Positions 18,273 to 28,543 are shown, numbered from the stretch's first letter. The stretch: 64,000 nt of DNA from a virus (IMGVR_UViG_3300028832_000098:81241-145240), one strand, 5' to 3'. Made by a program: numbers and translations. Notes: generated by a model not told the origin, from the letters alone.

Positions 18273-20228
18273 TTAGAATCCGTATTTCAAACGTCTTTTT
18301 ATCTCTTCAGCGACAGAAGCCTGTACTTTTCCTTCATTACGGACGTTCCTGTTCTGATTCCTCAAAGATTCCGAAAGATATTTTTTCGTATCTTGACTGC
18401 TTACGCTTTCCGTAAGATTCCTTGTCTTCCAGAAACGAACAGCTGCGTCTACACTGCCGATAATATACAATTTGCTTTCGTTAAGGATTTCTTTCTTACG
18501 GTTGTCAGAAAGAGCGCTCCAAGATTCTTTCAAGTAGTCAGGCATAAATTGAATAAGTTTTTCTGCCTCTGTAACAGATTTCTGTTCATTTATGGCTTGA
18601 CTCTGTTGTTCCATCTTATTGTTTGTATCCTTAATAGACGAAGCAATAGAATTTACAGATTCTACAAGGTTTTGAAGTTGAGTGTCTTCAGTACTGCGCT
18701 GTTTACCTTCAACCATCATCTTGATGTCTTCTATAGATTTGTCAGCAGCTTCAACTATGCTCTGCATTTTACCGCTAAGCTTTTTGTTGATTTTAGTCTG
18801 AGACTCAGAGATATATTCTGTATACTTCTGAAGCATCTCAATTTTTTCATTAAGCTGCTTGTTCTTCTGAAGAACCTTATCGAAACTTTCAGAAAGATAT
18901 TTTGTATATCCTTCAAGCATTTCAGCCGTTACCGTGTTCTTTTCAAGATGTTCAGACAAATATGCTGTATAACGTTCCATATCCTTTGATGTGACAACGT
19001 CTTTATTCATCTTTTTAAGATGTTCTGACAGATAGCCTGTATATTTTTCCATAGCATCGCTTGTAACTACGTTTTTATTCATAGCTGCAAGATGTTCAGA
19101 AAGATATGCAGTATACTTTTCTACGTCTTCGCTTGTAACGACACCTTTTTTCAATTTATTCAAGTATTCAGACAAATACTTAGTGTATTTATCCATGTCG
19201 CGTCTTGTTACGACATCTTGAGGGTTGCCTAACTTCTGTTCCATATAATAATTATTAAAGTTGATTCCACTTACAAAGAAATATGTCTTTCCGTCTTGTA
19301 CGGTTGGACCGTCAGTAATGTTCGCACCAATATTGTTCAGACATTGTTCAACAGCGTTATTGATTATGCCTGTGAATTCACCTGTTACATTCTTTCCGAA
19401 TTCAACCTCAACATGGTCGTTTACGAAATTAACTATTGCTGTATCAGAATTTGATTCAACAGAACAGATACCCATATCGCTGTCGACTGTTATGTCCATT
19501 TTGCCAGGATTCATACCGAGCGCCTTACGGAATTCACCTATAATAGACTTGCCGTCTATTTTCGGTTTTTCATTTCCGCTTTCAGGTTCTTTCTGACCTT
19601 CATCCTGCAATTCGTACAAATCGGCGCCATCGAAAGACTCGAGTATTACACGGCTCTTCATTTTGGCATTCTTCTGTGAACTCAAAGCATTAACGGCATT
19701 TATAAGAGCGTCAGAACCCGCGCCCTTGCTTTCGTTAACTGCATGGAGAACTGCATTCTCAAAACCTGGTTCAGCAACAAGGTCATAAGTTATAAGTTCT
19801 TCGACAACGACATGATTGTCAGGTGTCAAAGTACCGATAGCCCTTGAAGATATATGAAGAGGCACTTTATTTTCTATAAGAGTCTTCGCGATTCTTCCTG
19901 AAGGAGTATTTAATAATTTGATACGACCCTTTATAGAATCTGTCTTTTGGTCATAGCTTAGACTTTCAACTATATGAGAAACGTTCTGATAAGACACATA
20001 CCTCATATTAGCGGGATGTTCAAGCTCACCGAGAAGGTCATGATTCTTAATCTTTTCCGTAAGAGCACCAAGCTTCTCAAGGAAATTCTTAGAGTCATAT
20101 ATCCTGTTATTACGATTCTTCACGTTAAACGTCGTGAAGCATCCTTCAAGAACAATATCGCCGCCGTCCGCAGAACTTGAGCAGACACCGTCACTTAAAC
20201 TCTCAACGATATATTTCTTATTTTCCAT
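18273..20228 (-). CDS. Prohead core protease (T4 gp21-like) fused to a scaffold-like coiled-coil domain with tandem repeats
   Basis: N-terminal LGELEHPANM...TPSGRIAKTLIENKVPLHISSRAIG matches gp21 LGEHD...TPAGQLVESLLKEGVLLEASSRAWA. The C-terminal ~350 aa are coiled-coil with 6 repeats of VVTS[ED]D[VM]EKYT[AG]YLSEHL...MNK. Confidence 0.75.
   Translation of the reverse strand: MENKKYIVESLSDGVCSSSADGGDIVLEGCFTTFNVKNRNNRIYDSKNFLEKLGALTEKIKNHDLLGELEHPANMRYVSYQNVSHIVESLSYDQKTDSIKGRIKLLNTPSGRIAKTLIENKVPLHISSRAIGTLTPDNHVVVEELITYDLVAEPGFENAVLHAVNESKGAGSDALINAVNALSSQKNAKMKSRVILESFDGADLYELQDEGQKEPESGNEKPKIDGKSIIGEFRKALGMNPGKMDITVDSDMGICSVESNSDTAIVNFVNDHVEVEFGKNVTGEFTGIINNAVEQCLNNIGANITDGPTVQDGKTYFFVSGINFNNYYMEQKLGNPQDVVTRRDMDKYTKYLSEYLNKLKKGVVTSEDVEKYTAYLSEHLAAMNKNVVTSDAMEKYTGYLSEHLKKMNKDVVTSKDMERYTAYLSEHLEKNTVTAEMLEGYTKYLSESFDKVLQKNKQLNEKIEMLQKYTEYISESQTKINKKLSGKMQSIVEAADKSIEDIKMMVEGKQRSTEDTQLQNLVESVNSIASSIKDTNNKMEQQSQAINEQKSVTEAEKLIQFMPDYLKESWSALSDNRKKEILNESKLYIIGSVDAAVRFWKTRNLTESVSSQDTKKYLSESLRNQNRNVRNEGKVQASVAEEIKRRLKYGF
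18820..19195. repeat. Coding tandem repeats (~72 bp) encoding the YTxYLSEHL scaffold repeats
   Basis: Repeated ...gtaacgacatc...ttttccat...cttgt... units visible in the DNA. Confidence 0.7.
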
Positions 20229-20229
20229 T

Positions 20230-20368
20230 GTTATTATAAGTTTTTCTTATATATTTATTTTTTTTGAAAATTCCTAAAAAATTATGCGTAATACCTCATC
20301 ACCGTACCTTCATTAGTTTTCAGGTTTTTGATGTCGACATCCACTTCCATACACACTTCTTTTTCCCA
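20230..20368. repeat. Copy 2 of the 138-bp direct repeat (see 63..200); spans the 3' end of 20282..20662 and the protease-gene upstream region
   Basis: Near-identical to 63..200. Confidence 0.85.
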
Positions 20369-20662
20369 TGTCAGAAATTTTACCGACAATTCGTATGTGA
20401 CATTTTCAGTCGTATTTACAAAACGTTTCATCTGGTCGTTGATGTCAGCCTCGACCATATCTTCATTATAATTTGTCTTAAACAGGTAGTCGCTCAGATT
20501 GCATCCGTAATCAGGCATATTCAGCAATTCACCTCTATTTGTAAAAAACAAGACATTCATCTGTTGGATTAACTCCGCGATTTCGGAGTTAACCTCAACA
20601 GCTGAATTATCTTCAGTCACCAAATAATTAGGAGGCAATATGTTGAAATCCCTTAATCCCAT
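20282..20662 (-). CDS. hypothetical protein (126 aa) between the sheath and protease genes
   Basis: ORF; its last 29 codons are duplicated at 116..200. Confidence 0.45.
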   Translation of the reverse strand: MGLRDFNILPPNYLVTEDNSAVEVNSEIAELIQQMNVLFFTNRGELLNMPDYGCNLSDYLFKTNYNEDMVEADINDQMKRFVNTTENVTYELSVKFLTWEKEVCMEVDVDIKNLKTNEGTVMRYYA

Positions 20663-23226
20663 TATTCGCCAAATGACAATGTAGATATTACACCAGTCTT
20701 GTAGATAGTTGCTCTTTGAGTAATTTTCTCAAGACCTTTAGCAAGTTCCAATCCGACATCGATAACGCCAGAGTTTGCATCAATGACTTCATTGGTGTTA
20801 TTCGATTTGTTCATTACTGTACTGAAGTCATAGATACCACCTGCTCTCTTTATGTCTTCAAGGAAAGAATCGACGATACTCTTGATTTCGCGACGGGTAT
20901 TGTCATCGTTATGATATACACCGAATATGTATTTCTGCAAAATGCTTTCTATACTGAGAACGATATATATCAAAGTATCAGTACAGTGCAAAGAACTCAA
21001 TGAAGACTTTGGAGACTGTTTAGCAGTAACGTTACCGTAAATAACTGCCTCATAGTTGTCTATCTTCACGATACTGTTGAATCCGAATGGTTCAAGCCAA
21101 TCGCGGTTGTCATCAGTTATCGTAGACTCAACACCTTTAACGCCGTCACCGAGAACACCAAGTTCAGTACCTGCTACCAAGTACCAAGGGAAATCACCTT
21201 TCTTATAGAAAAGATTCGAAACAGCTGCTGAAGGCGGAACGAATTTTTCTATAGAGTTATCGAGTATCTTTACATAAGGATAGAAGTAACCGCCGAATGA
21301 AGCACCCTGCTCTTCTTTAGGTAAAGAATACTTGAACTGAGAAGGGATGTTAGGATTACCTCCCTTAGAAATATATTCTGCAGAAACGATTCCGTTCTTG
21401 CCCCGGAATACAGGTCCTGGTTTTTCAGCAGACTTAAACTCTTTTACAGAAGGTCCGTTTATAATCGCAAGAGAAAGTCTCTTTTGACAAATCTCTGTAA
21501 ACACTTTCTTAGATTCAGGACTAATACCGTTACCGAATGTATCGACAAGATACCTGAACTGTAAGATGCGTTTATCTACAAGCGATTTAAACAAACTGTA
21601 TTCAGGTTTGTTAACATCATCCCTATCATAGTTTTCTTCAAGAATAGAAAGAATGTTCTCTTGTTGTTTCTCGACAGCAAAAGGTTCTTGCTGTTCACCG
21701 GTACCAGGCATGTGACGAGCTTCAAGCTTGAATCCGTTAAGGCATATCCATTGATAGCTCTTTACTGCCTCATCAACTTGTTTGGCTACACATACATTAT
21801 TCTCTTCATCAATGAAAGGTAATGAATCATAGCAAATAACTTTTTTGAATACTTGCTCAGAACTTTCTTCAACAGAGGTCTCTACCATTTCAACATTATA
21901 TACTCTTGTCAACCTGCCGACAGCAACGTCAGATACAAAATAATCGCCTGTCTTAATGTTTTCATCTTTATCAACATAGATTTCATTAGGATTAAGACTT
22001 TCATTCGTATATGCCTTTACTTTCCTATACAAACCATTGCTTTCGCCGTATGCAGATACTTTACCAGAGTATGACAACATGTTAACCTCTATTCCTTCAG
22101 AATCTTCTATTTCAGATTCAGGGTCAATGAGCTTCTGTACAAGTTTATGACCGATAATATCTATCTTTTCATCAATAATATCTTGATTGTCATATCCTGA
22201 CTTAATTTCAGCATTCTCTACCAATTCTGTGTTTTCATAGCAGATAACACCTGTATAGTTCGTATCGTCATTGATAAGCTTTTGTATCCAGACATTGATA
22301 CCAAGCTTATTCACGAAATTAGGAATAAGACAACCGGTATAAGTTGCAAGAACTTTTACAGACTGAATCTTCAAGAAATCCTGAAGTTTGTCAGCTTTGA
22401 AACCGTTTTCATCGAAATAGTTTTGGTATGTGATGTCTGAGGTAAATCTGTAATATTGCTTATCTTTTTCCACAGGAATACTTATTTCAGTAAGGCACGG
22501 TGTTCCGTCATCAAACTGAGTTCCTGTATGTTCAGGCTTAATATCGCATTTCGGACCGAAATCACCTTGAACGATATAAACGTCTACGAAGTAATCAGAG
22601 ACAATAGAAGTTGGGTTAAGGTATGAAGGAATTTCTTCATCACCATACCAGTCCTTAACTGTCATGTTATAACCCATACGGTTGTATTCCGAAGACCTCT
22701 TTACAAGAATGCTTACAGGTTTCTTGTTGATATTTACGAAGTTCAATATCTGAGGTTTTACCTCTTGAGGGTCGAAATACTTAGATACAGTATAACCGTA
22801 AGTTTCAGCATCAGGAATCCAGAATACAGATGTGTCATAGCATCCAGATAATGGCAATGACATTATATTATTGTTTGCCACATCAGAAGCAACAGATATG
22901 CCTGCGTTAGGAACCCTGTCTTTACTTTCTTCTGTCTTCAAAAGATTAAGAACAAGTATTGAACTTGTATTCAATGCCATTTTAGCCATTCTGTGAAAAT
23001 AGCTACCTGACTTCTCAAGACTTCTGTCAATGTCACCGAACATCTTTACGAAGTCCGTATAATTATTGACTTGTACAGGCCTGTTAACAGGACCTTGCTT
23101 AGAAAAGCCTATTAGCAACCTTTGTCTCGTAGGACTAACTGGCATGTCGTTAGACTGCTGGCTCTTATCTATAATAAGAGTGTAAACTCCGGCAGAATTA
23201 TGCTTTAAAGATGAATCTATTGCCAT
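20662..23226 (-). CDS. Tail sheath protein (T4 gp18-like)
   Basis: N-terminal ...YTDFVKMFGD (compare gp18 VDLVNTFGQ). Mid-region PPSAAVSNLF...WYLVAGTELG, and C-terminal ...DDNTRREIKSIVDSFLEDIKRAGGIYDF matching gp18 ...NNAFTRSSFRTETAQYLQGNKALGGIYEY. TATAAATA lies 33 nt upstream. Confidence 0.75.
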   Translation of the reverse strand: MAIDSSLKHNSAGVYTLIIDKSQQSNDMPVSPTRQRLLIGFSKQGPVNRPVQVNNYTDFVKMFGDIDRSLEKSGSYFHRMAKMALNTSSILVLNLLKTEESKDRVPNAGISVASDVANNNIMSLPLSGCYDTSVFWIPDAETYGYTVSKYFDPQEVKPQILNFVNINKKPVSILVKRSSEYNRMGYNMTVKDWYGDEEIPSYLNPTSIVSDYFVDVYIVQGDFGPKCDIKPEHTGTQFDDGTPCLTEISIPVEKDKQYYRFTSDITYQNYFDENGFKADKLQDFLKIQSVKVLATYTGCLIPNFVNKLGINVWIQKLINDDTNYTGVICYENTELVENAEIKSGYDNQDIIDEKIDIIGHKLVQKLIDPESEIEDSEGIEVNMLSYSGKVSAYGESNGLYRKVKAYTNESLNPNEIYVDKDENIKTGDYFVSDVAVGRLTRVYNVEMVETSVEESSEQVFKKVICYDSLPFIDEENNVCVAKQVDEAVKSYQWICLNGFKLEARHMPGTGEQQEPFAVEKQQENILSILEENYDRDDVNKPEYSLFKSLVDKRILQFRYLVDTFGNGISPESKKVFTEICQKRLSLAIINGPSVKEFKSAEKPGPVFRGKNGIVSAEYISKGGNPNIPSQFKYSLPKEEQGASFGGYFYPYVKILDNSIEKFVPPSAAVSNLFYKKGDFPWYLVAGTELGVLGDGVKGVESTITDDNRDWLEPFGFNSIVKIDNYEAVIYGNVTAKQSPKSSLSSLHCTDTLIYIVLSIESILQKYIFGVYHNDDNTRREIKSIVDSFLEDIKRAGGIYDFSTVMNKSNNTNEVIDANSGVIDVGLELAKGLEKITQRATIYKTGVISTLSFGE

Positions 23227-23255
23227 GTTATTAAAATTTTATGTTATTCTAATTC

Positions 23256-23263
23256 TATTTATA
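23256..23263 (-). promoter_or_regulatory. T4-type late promoter -10 element TATAAATA (minus strand) upstream of the sheath gene
   Basis: The exact octamer sits in the conserved context AAAATTATAAATAGAAT, shared with 24768..24775. Confidence 0.45.
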
Positions 23264-24161
23264 ATTTTAGAGAAAAGTCCTTAAAAGAACCTAATGATAA
23301 TCCTTCGCAGCAGCTGAATAAAACTTTATTGTCAAGCATTTTTCTCGCTATGAATTCACGTAATGAAAGAAGTGAGTCATTATTATAATCTACGATACCA
23401 GGACCGTCTTTCTTATATTCAGTCGTATCTGTTATAATACATTTATCATATTTAGACATTGATTCTAAATCTGATTCTCCTACATGAAAACTTTTATAAT
23501 ACTGATTCTTATTATACTTGTCAGCATGTTTATAGCCGTTATTCCAGAATTCTATAACTTTATTCCAGAAATGTCTACTACAAAAGTATGCACTTATTTT
23601 ATTTCCACTGATACCTATAACAAATCTCCATTTAATAAACTGCCCTTTATTCATTGCATGACGTACAACTAAATCAAAAGGACTATCTTCGGATTCTTCC
23701 GTATTTTGTGTAGAATATCTTAAAGGAAATTCTGCTTCTCCATTATCAAAAGTTTCTTTAACTTCTATATTAGCCTGCAAAGAGTCAGGAGCTGTTCTAA
23801 GATGTATAATATCTATATCAGAATAATTCGTACGAAATACATCGTCAACAGATATAATCTCAATAGGCGTAATTGCTTCACCGGCTTTGGACCTGCCAGC
23901 AAGACGGTTTATCCTGTAAAACAGCTCGTCTCTTGTCAAGTTTTTACTATTAGCAAAAGCTTCACGTTTGATAAGAAATGACATAATATCACCTTCTTCT
24001 TTACCTTTCTTAGCAGCGTCCGAAGAAGAATGGTCTGACTGCGACAATGGCAGACAGACCATAACATATTCAATACCATCAATTTCACAGAAACCAGTAA
24101 GTTTTTTACATAAAACTTTGCTGTCTCTTTCCGACCGTGAAAACCTATTTTTTTGCTCCAT
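23259..24161 (-). CDS. hypothetical protein (possible PD-(D/E)xK-like motif, weak)
   Basis: 300-aa ORF; the only weak motif is IDIIHL...EVK. Confidence 0.35.
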   Translation of the reverse strand: MEQKNRFSRSERDSKVLCKKLTGFCEIDGIEYVMVCLPLSQSDHSSSDAAKKGKEEGDIMSFLIKREAFANSKNLTRDELFYRINRLAGRSKAGEAITPIEIISVDDVFRTNYSDIDIIHLRTAPDSLQANIEVKETFDNGEAEFPLRYSTQNTEESEDSPFDLVVRHAMNKGQFIKWRFVIGISGNKISAYFCSRHFWNKVIEFWNNGYKHADKYNKNQYYKSFHVGESDLESMSKYDKCIITDTTEYKKDGPGIVDYNNDSLLSLREFIARKMLDNKVLFSCCEGLSLGSFKDFSLKL

Positions 24162-24172
24162 TCCTAATTATA

Positions 24173-24739
24173 TTAGAAATCGATACCTCTCGTACGTATT
24201 TCGGCAACGTCAACCATCAAATGGAATTGAAGAGTAGCGGCATTATTATCAGGAACAGTATTGATACCGCCAAGACCTGTAGGCTGACCGGTAACGTAAC
24301 ACATAGACAATATCAATTCACGCCAAATTGAATCATCACGGTCATACTGAGTGATAAGACCACTACCGCAATAATCAACCTTCAAACTCTTTTGAGCTGT
24401 TTTTTCATCATAGATAAGACGGTACCATTCCATAACCGTATTATATATGTAGTTGACGTGAGTATTGTCCAAGTTCTGAGTCATCGTAACGGTAAGGTCT
24501 ACGTTTGTCGTAGTAGGCATACCTGCATACGTTCTCGTCGATTGGTAGTATTGCTGGTTAATCGTCGGAATAGTCGGATACAAGTTATCAAGACCGTCTA
24601 TCTGTTGAACGTGCTCTATAAAAAGCTCGTTCTTCGTCAATGCAGGCGGAAGAATCAAGTTTATATCTGAATACGACGTTACAACCGGTTCGTATTTTTT
24701 GACAGCTGCTGTGCTGTTCCTAAAATGATGTAATCCCAT
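24173..24739 (-). CDS. hypothetical structural protein (possible tail tube by position and size)
   Basis: 188 aa, immediately upstream of the sheath region; TATAAATA promoter; no clear sequence motif. Confidence 0.35.
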   Translation of the reverse strand: MGLHHFRNSTAAVKKYEPVVTSYSDINLILPPALTKNELFIEHVQQIDGLDNLYPTIPTINQQYYQSTRTYAGMPTTTNVDLTVTMTQNLDNTHVNYIYNTVMEWYRLIYDEKTAQKSLKVDYCGSGLITQYDRDDSIWRELILSMCYVTGQPTGLGGINTVPDNNAATLQFHLMVDVAEIRTRGIDF

Positions 24740-24767
24740 AGCTTTATATTATTAAGTATTACTATTC

Positions 24768-24775
24768 TATTTATA
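24768..24775 (-). promoter_or_regulatory. T4-type late promoter TATAAATA
   Basis: AAAATTATAAATAGAATAGTAATAC context, 36 nt upstream of the ATG at 24739. Confidence 0.45.
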
Positions 24776-24778
24776 ATT

Positions 24779-25843
24779 TTATTTCTTGCCACCTATATAA
24801 GCTCCAAGAATTGTTGTAAACGCCCTTGATGTCAAGAATTCGTAGAAAGGACCTTTCGTACATCCGAACGCGCTCGCAACAGCCTTTCCTATTGAAGGAC
24901 CGATAGTTATACCGAGCACGCCGCCGGCTATCGCGCCGAGCACGCCTTCTGTTACATCTTGATATTTCACAAGGTAGTCGTTATATCTGCTGATTATGTC
25001 AAGATACTCATCTTGTGTTATAGGCGTATCGCCGAAATATGTCTTCACTACGTTAGGATAGTCAAGCATATTATATTTGCCGTCTTTCTGAGCAAACCTG
25101 TATTTCATGAACTGTTCCTTGGTGGCAAGCAGAGGCTCGTTGCTTTCACCGAATGTTACAATAACAGTTTCGCTCGATTCACTTTCTTCTTCAGGTACGA
25201 CAGGTTTCTTCTGTCCTACTATTGCGTCGCCGGAACCATTACGCACGCCTGAAAATCCGTTATCGCCGCCAGAAGGCATTTGAATAGGTCCAGCGTTTTC
25301 TATGGCGTCTTGCTTAATCCTGTACGTAAAGTTTCCATGTATATCTGTATCCCTTTCTATGACAGTTTCAGGATAGCGCGAATAGATATAGTTCTGTAGC
25401 CATACGTCTATATCGCTTACTATCTCCTGTTGGTCCTGCATCGTAGGTATCGAATTAAGCTTTACCTCTATGCTTGTGCCGGTAACCTTGATTGTCGCGA
25501 ATTCCTCATTGCTCCCGTTAACAACAGAAATCATAGGGTTTGTCGCTGTATTCTCATCACCGTCAACAACAGTCATCTGAGGTACTTCAAATGTTATTTC
25601 ATCTATTGGATGTTCTTCAAGGGCTGCAGCGCATTCACTTAGGTAGAAGAATTTCTTATTTTCGATTCTGTTCATAAGCTTTGCATATTCCATAAAGGAA
25701 ATCTTGCCTTTGAAAAAAGTATTGTTAACATTGGAAAAATCTTCCATATTGCAACCTGACTTTTTAGCCGTCATATAGGCCTCAAAAAATTTTTTTCCCA
25801 TTTGCCTATCTAATTTAAGTTTTATATATTTATTGTTTTGCAA
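24779..25843 (-). CDS. Structural protein sharing a 25-aa motif with the MCP N-terminal region; Gly-rich hydrophobic C-terminus
   Basis: AGPIQMPSGGDNGFSGVRNGSGDAIVG versus MCP GAIQFPNGGENGFSGVRNGSADAIAS. C-terminus GVLGAIAGGVLGITIGPSIGKAVASAFG. Confidence 0.45.
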   Translation of the reverse strand: MQNNKYIKLKLDRQMGKKFFEAYMTAKKSGCNMEDFSNVNNTFFKGKISFMEYAKLMNRIENKKFFYLSECAAALEEHPIDEITFEVPQMTVVDGDENTATNPMISVVNGSNEEFATIKVTGTSIEVKLNSIPTMQDQQEIVSDIDVWLQNYIYSRYPETVIERDTDIHGNFTYRIKQDAIENAGPIQMPSGGDNGFSGVRNGSGDAIVGQKKPVVPEEESESSETVIVTFGESNEPLLATKEQFMKYRFAQKDGKYNMLDYPNVVKTYFGDTPITQDEYLDIISRYNDYLVKYQDVTEGVLGAIAGGVLGITIGPSIGKAVASAFGCTKGPFYEFLTSRAFTTILGAYIGGKK

Positions 25844-25845
25844 AA

Positions 25846-27078
25846 TTACTCTGAAATATAAACTTTACCGGATGACGTCACTTTCACCTTCAAATTCGTC
25901 TTCGTAGTTGATTTCTGCTTACCTGATTCAGTCTCCTTCTTTATCTTCTCAGTTTCGTCAGCACCCATGGCAAGTATCTCCATCATATCCATAGCAGGAT
26001 AGTCTATATGGTATAGGAAAATATAATCCTTATCACTGTTGCCTTCGCCGGTCTTCCTATAAATATCGGCCGCATACACGCTTGCTCCGTCCTCTTCTAT
26101 ATTATAATAGTACCTTGCATACATTTTCCTCTTATCGTCTATGCAACTGTAATTCTTCTGCATATTGTCGGCTATCGACTTTCGCGCAGACGCAAATTTA
26201 TCCCTCGACTGCGACAGTTGGTCGTCATATTTGCTTACGGCATTACCGAGCGAATTGTCAGGCACGAAAGAAATAATCGAGCTTGCATCCAAAGCAGTTA
26301 TCCTGTCAGGTATGGTACTGAATTCAGGAATTCTCAGTTCCTCCATAATATCGCGTAGAGACTTGATATATCCAGAAATTTCTTTTATATATTTCGCTAT
26401 TTTTATGATATGGTCAACAATAAGGCATATCTTATAAATGACGTTGTCGACGGCGGAACCAAGCACAGCCGGCGCGGCGCTCTCAGTAATACCGTTCACG
26501 ATTTCAGTCGCAAGGTCATTAAGGGCAGGCTCCATATACTCTTGCATGATGTCTTCCATTTCAGCACACCTCTTATATACGAACTTATGGCCGTAGCCGC
26601 CTTCCGTCAAATATCCGACTGTTACTTCTTTGATATATGTCTCAAAGCTTTCAAGATTTAGCCTGTAATTTTCTTTAAGGTCGTTAATCTGTTCCTCGAA
26701 TTCATCTTTTCTCTCATTGAATTCCTTCTGTATCCTGTTCTTTTCACGTGTAAGGGAACCTTTCAAAGCTTCTTTCGCGCTAAGCTGTTTTCTTTCTTCC
26801 ACGGTTTTCGCCTCTTGGACACTTGTATAAAAAGTCTTCGCCGCCGACAAAGTCTGTGCTGCCGCCTTCTCAGCAGCAAGTTTCGCCTGTTGTTCAGCTA
26901 TCGCAGCGAGTTCTTCTTTCATGGCACCGAGTTCAGCTGTCATCTCATCTGTCAGCTTCGTTACGATTACGACTGGATTCTCAGGTATCTTTATGCGCTG
27001 CTTTTCCAATGCTTCTATAATCATAAGGCATTGGTTGCCCATACATATCATATCCTTTAAGGTGTCAGGAATCTTCAT
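25846..27078 (-). CDS. coiled-coil hypothetical structural protein
   Basis: 410-aa ORF with Ala/Glu/Lys-rich heptad-like stretches. Confidence 0.45.
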   Translation of the reverse strand: MKIPDTLKDMICMGNQCLMIIEALEKQRIKIPENPVVIVTKLTDEMTAELGAMKEELAAIAEQQAKLAAEKAAAQTLSAAKTFYTSVQEAKTVEERKQLSAKEALKGSLTREKNRIQKEFNERKDEFEEQINDLKENYRLNLESFETYIKEVTVGYLTEGGYGHKFVYKRCAEMEDIMQEYMEPALNDLATEIVNGITESAAPAVLGSAVDNVIYKICLIVDHIIKIAKYIKEISGYIKSLRDIMEELRIPEFSTIPDRITALDASSIISFVPDNSLGNAVSKYDDQLSQSRDKFASARKSIADNMQKNYSCIDDKRKMYARYYYNIEEDGASVYAADIYRKTGEGNSDKDYIFLYHIDYPAMDMMEILAMGADETEKIKKETESGKQKSTTKTNLKVKVTSSGKVYISE

Positions 27079-27080
27079 GA

Positions 27081-28502
27081 TTAGTCATTTAAAGTTATGT
27101 CAGAAACATTCACGTCAGAAACGGATACTTGAATATCAGCAGTTTCTATGAAAGACGCTATTTCCACAGTAGTCGCTTTCCTGTTTATAGACGTGACAGA
27201 ACTGTTTTGAAGAACAGGCTTCATCTCATCTGACTTATCACGCTTATTATAGACATTGACTGAAAGTAGGTTTGCCGAGCTGCTTATATATGCCTTTATC
27301 CTCTTACCGTAATTCGACACGTTTTCGCCTTCGCCTGTACCGTATGAGCAAGAGGCATTGTATGTATAAATGCTGCCGTCTGAAACAGACGTAATCTTCA
27401 GGGCGACGTTTATGTCAAAACTTACGGTATTATGCGTCTTCAGCACCGGTCTGTAAGTAATTTGTTCATCACACTCCTCTGTCTCGTCACTAACGTCCCC
27501 GATGTCGAAATGCTTTATGACATTTACTCTGCTTGTTTCCAAAGAATCGACGTCGTATGTCCTTTCAGCGATATAATGCTCTTTAAGAGTTATCTCATAA
27601 TCAAGAACGAAACTGTCATATTTGCTTCTGAACAAATCGCTTAACTGAGACCTGCCGTCATTTACGAGTGTGTTTATCTCAAAATATTCACCGAAGCCAG
27701 AAGGCTTTACGTCAAGCCCTATGTCCGATATTGTTTTTGTTACGACATTTGCAGCAGTTATGACTTCAGTGTCATAGGTCATAAATATTCCGTCAGAAAC
27801 AATCTTATTCGTAATGCCTATAAGTGAAATCTTATTATAAGAATTATTCAAGTCATTTACCGTGCAGGCATTCCTGAACGACTCTATGTCAGGGTCCTCT
27901 GCTATGTAGGCAACGCTTGGTATTCGTAAGACTATCTTCTTAACGTATAATTTACCGTCAATGACTTCAGGCTTCGGACACAAAATATACCTCGTGTCTG
28001 CATCAAGTCTTATGGATGCGAGTATGACATCATTTTCTTCTGACGTAGTTACATTACGTATCTCAAGAACATATCCTTTATATGCAGAGAGATTCAGTCC
28101 GCTCCTTGTAAAATACAATGTCACTGTATCATAGTACATCCTCTCGCTCGAATGATATACCATGTCAGCTGTCGGCGTAAACTTGTTGTCAATATCAAGA
28201 TAACAAGGCTCTCCGTTAAAATTAGGGTCTATGAATTTACCTCCGTTAATCTTCGTTGACATAATGGTATTAGACATAGACACGTTCGTCGTCATGTCAT
28301 TAAACGTATCCTGAAAATTATCAGAAAATATATACCTCCTGTTATAATAGCGTCCGTCCTTTACGACACAGACACCTTCGCTTAAAGACAAGTAATTACC
28401 AGAAACTTCAGGGTATTTAACAGCGAGAGGCTCATCTTTCACCTCATTATATTTTACATATTCGACGAGTATCGAATCAGTCAACTTATAGAAATCTGAC
28501 AT
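27081..28502 (-). CDS. hypothetical structural protein (473 aa)
   Basis: ORF with TATAAATA 26 nt upstream. Confidence 0.45.
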   Translation of the reverse strand: MSDFYKLTDSILVEYVKYNEVKDEPLAVKYPEVSGNYLSLSEGVCVVKDGRYYNRRYIFSDNFQDTFNDMTTNVSMSNTIMSTKINGGKFIDPNFNGEPCYLDIDNKFTPTADMVYHSSERMYYDTVTLYFTRSGLNLSAYKGYVLEIRNVTTSEENDVILASIRLDADTRYILCPKPEVIDGKLYVKKIVLRIPSVAYIAEDPDIESFRNACTVNDLNNSYNKISLIGITNKIVSDGIFMTYDTEVITAANVVTKTISDIGLDVKPSGFGEYFEINTLVNDGRSQLSDLFRSKYDSFVLDYEITLKEHYIAERTYDVDSLETSRVNVIKHFDIGDVSDETEECDEQITYRPVLKTHNTVSFDINVALKITSVSDGSIYTYNASCSYGTGEGENVSNYGKRIKAYISSSANLLSVNVYNKRDKSDEMKPVLQNSSVTSINRKATTVEIASFIETADIQVSVSDVNVSDITLND

Positions 28503-28527
28503 CTTTGAAAATTTTTGTTATTCATTA

Positions 28528-28535
28528 TATTTATA
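28528..28535 (-). promoter_or_regulatory. T4-type late promoter TATAAATA
   Basis: TCTATAAATATAATG... upstream of the ATG at 28502, just downstream of the terminator hairpin. Confidence 0.45.
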
Positions 28536-28543
28536 GACGACGG

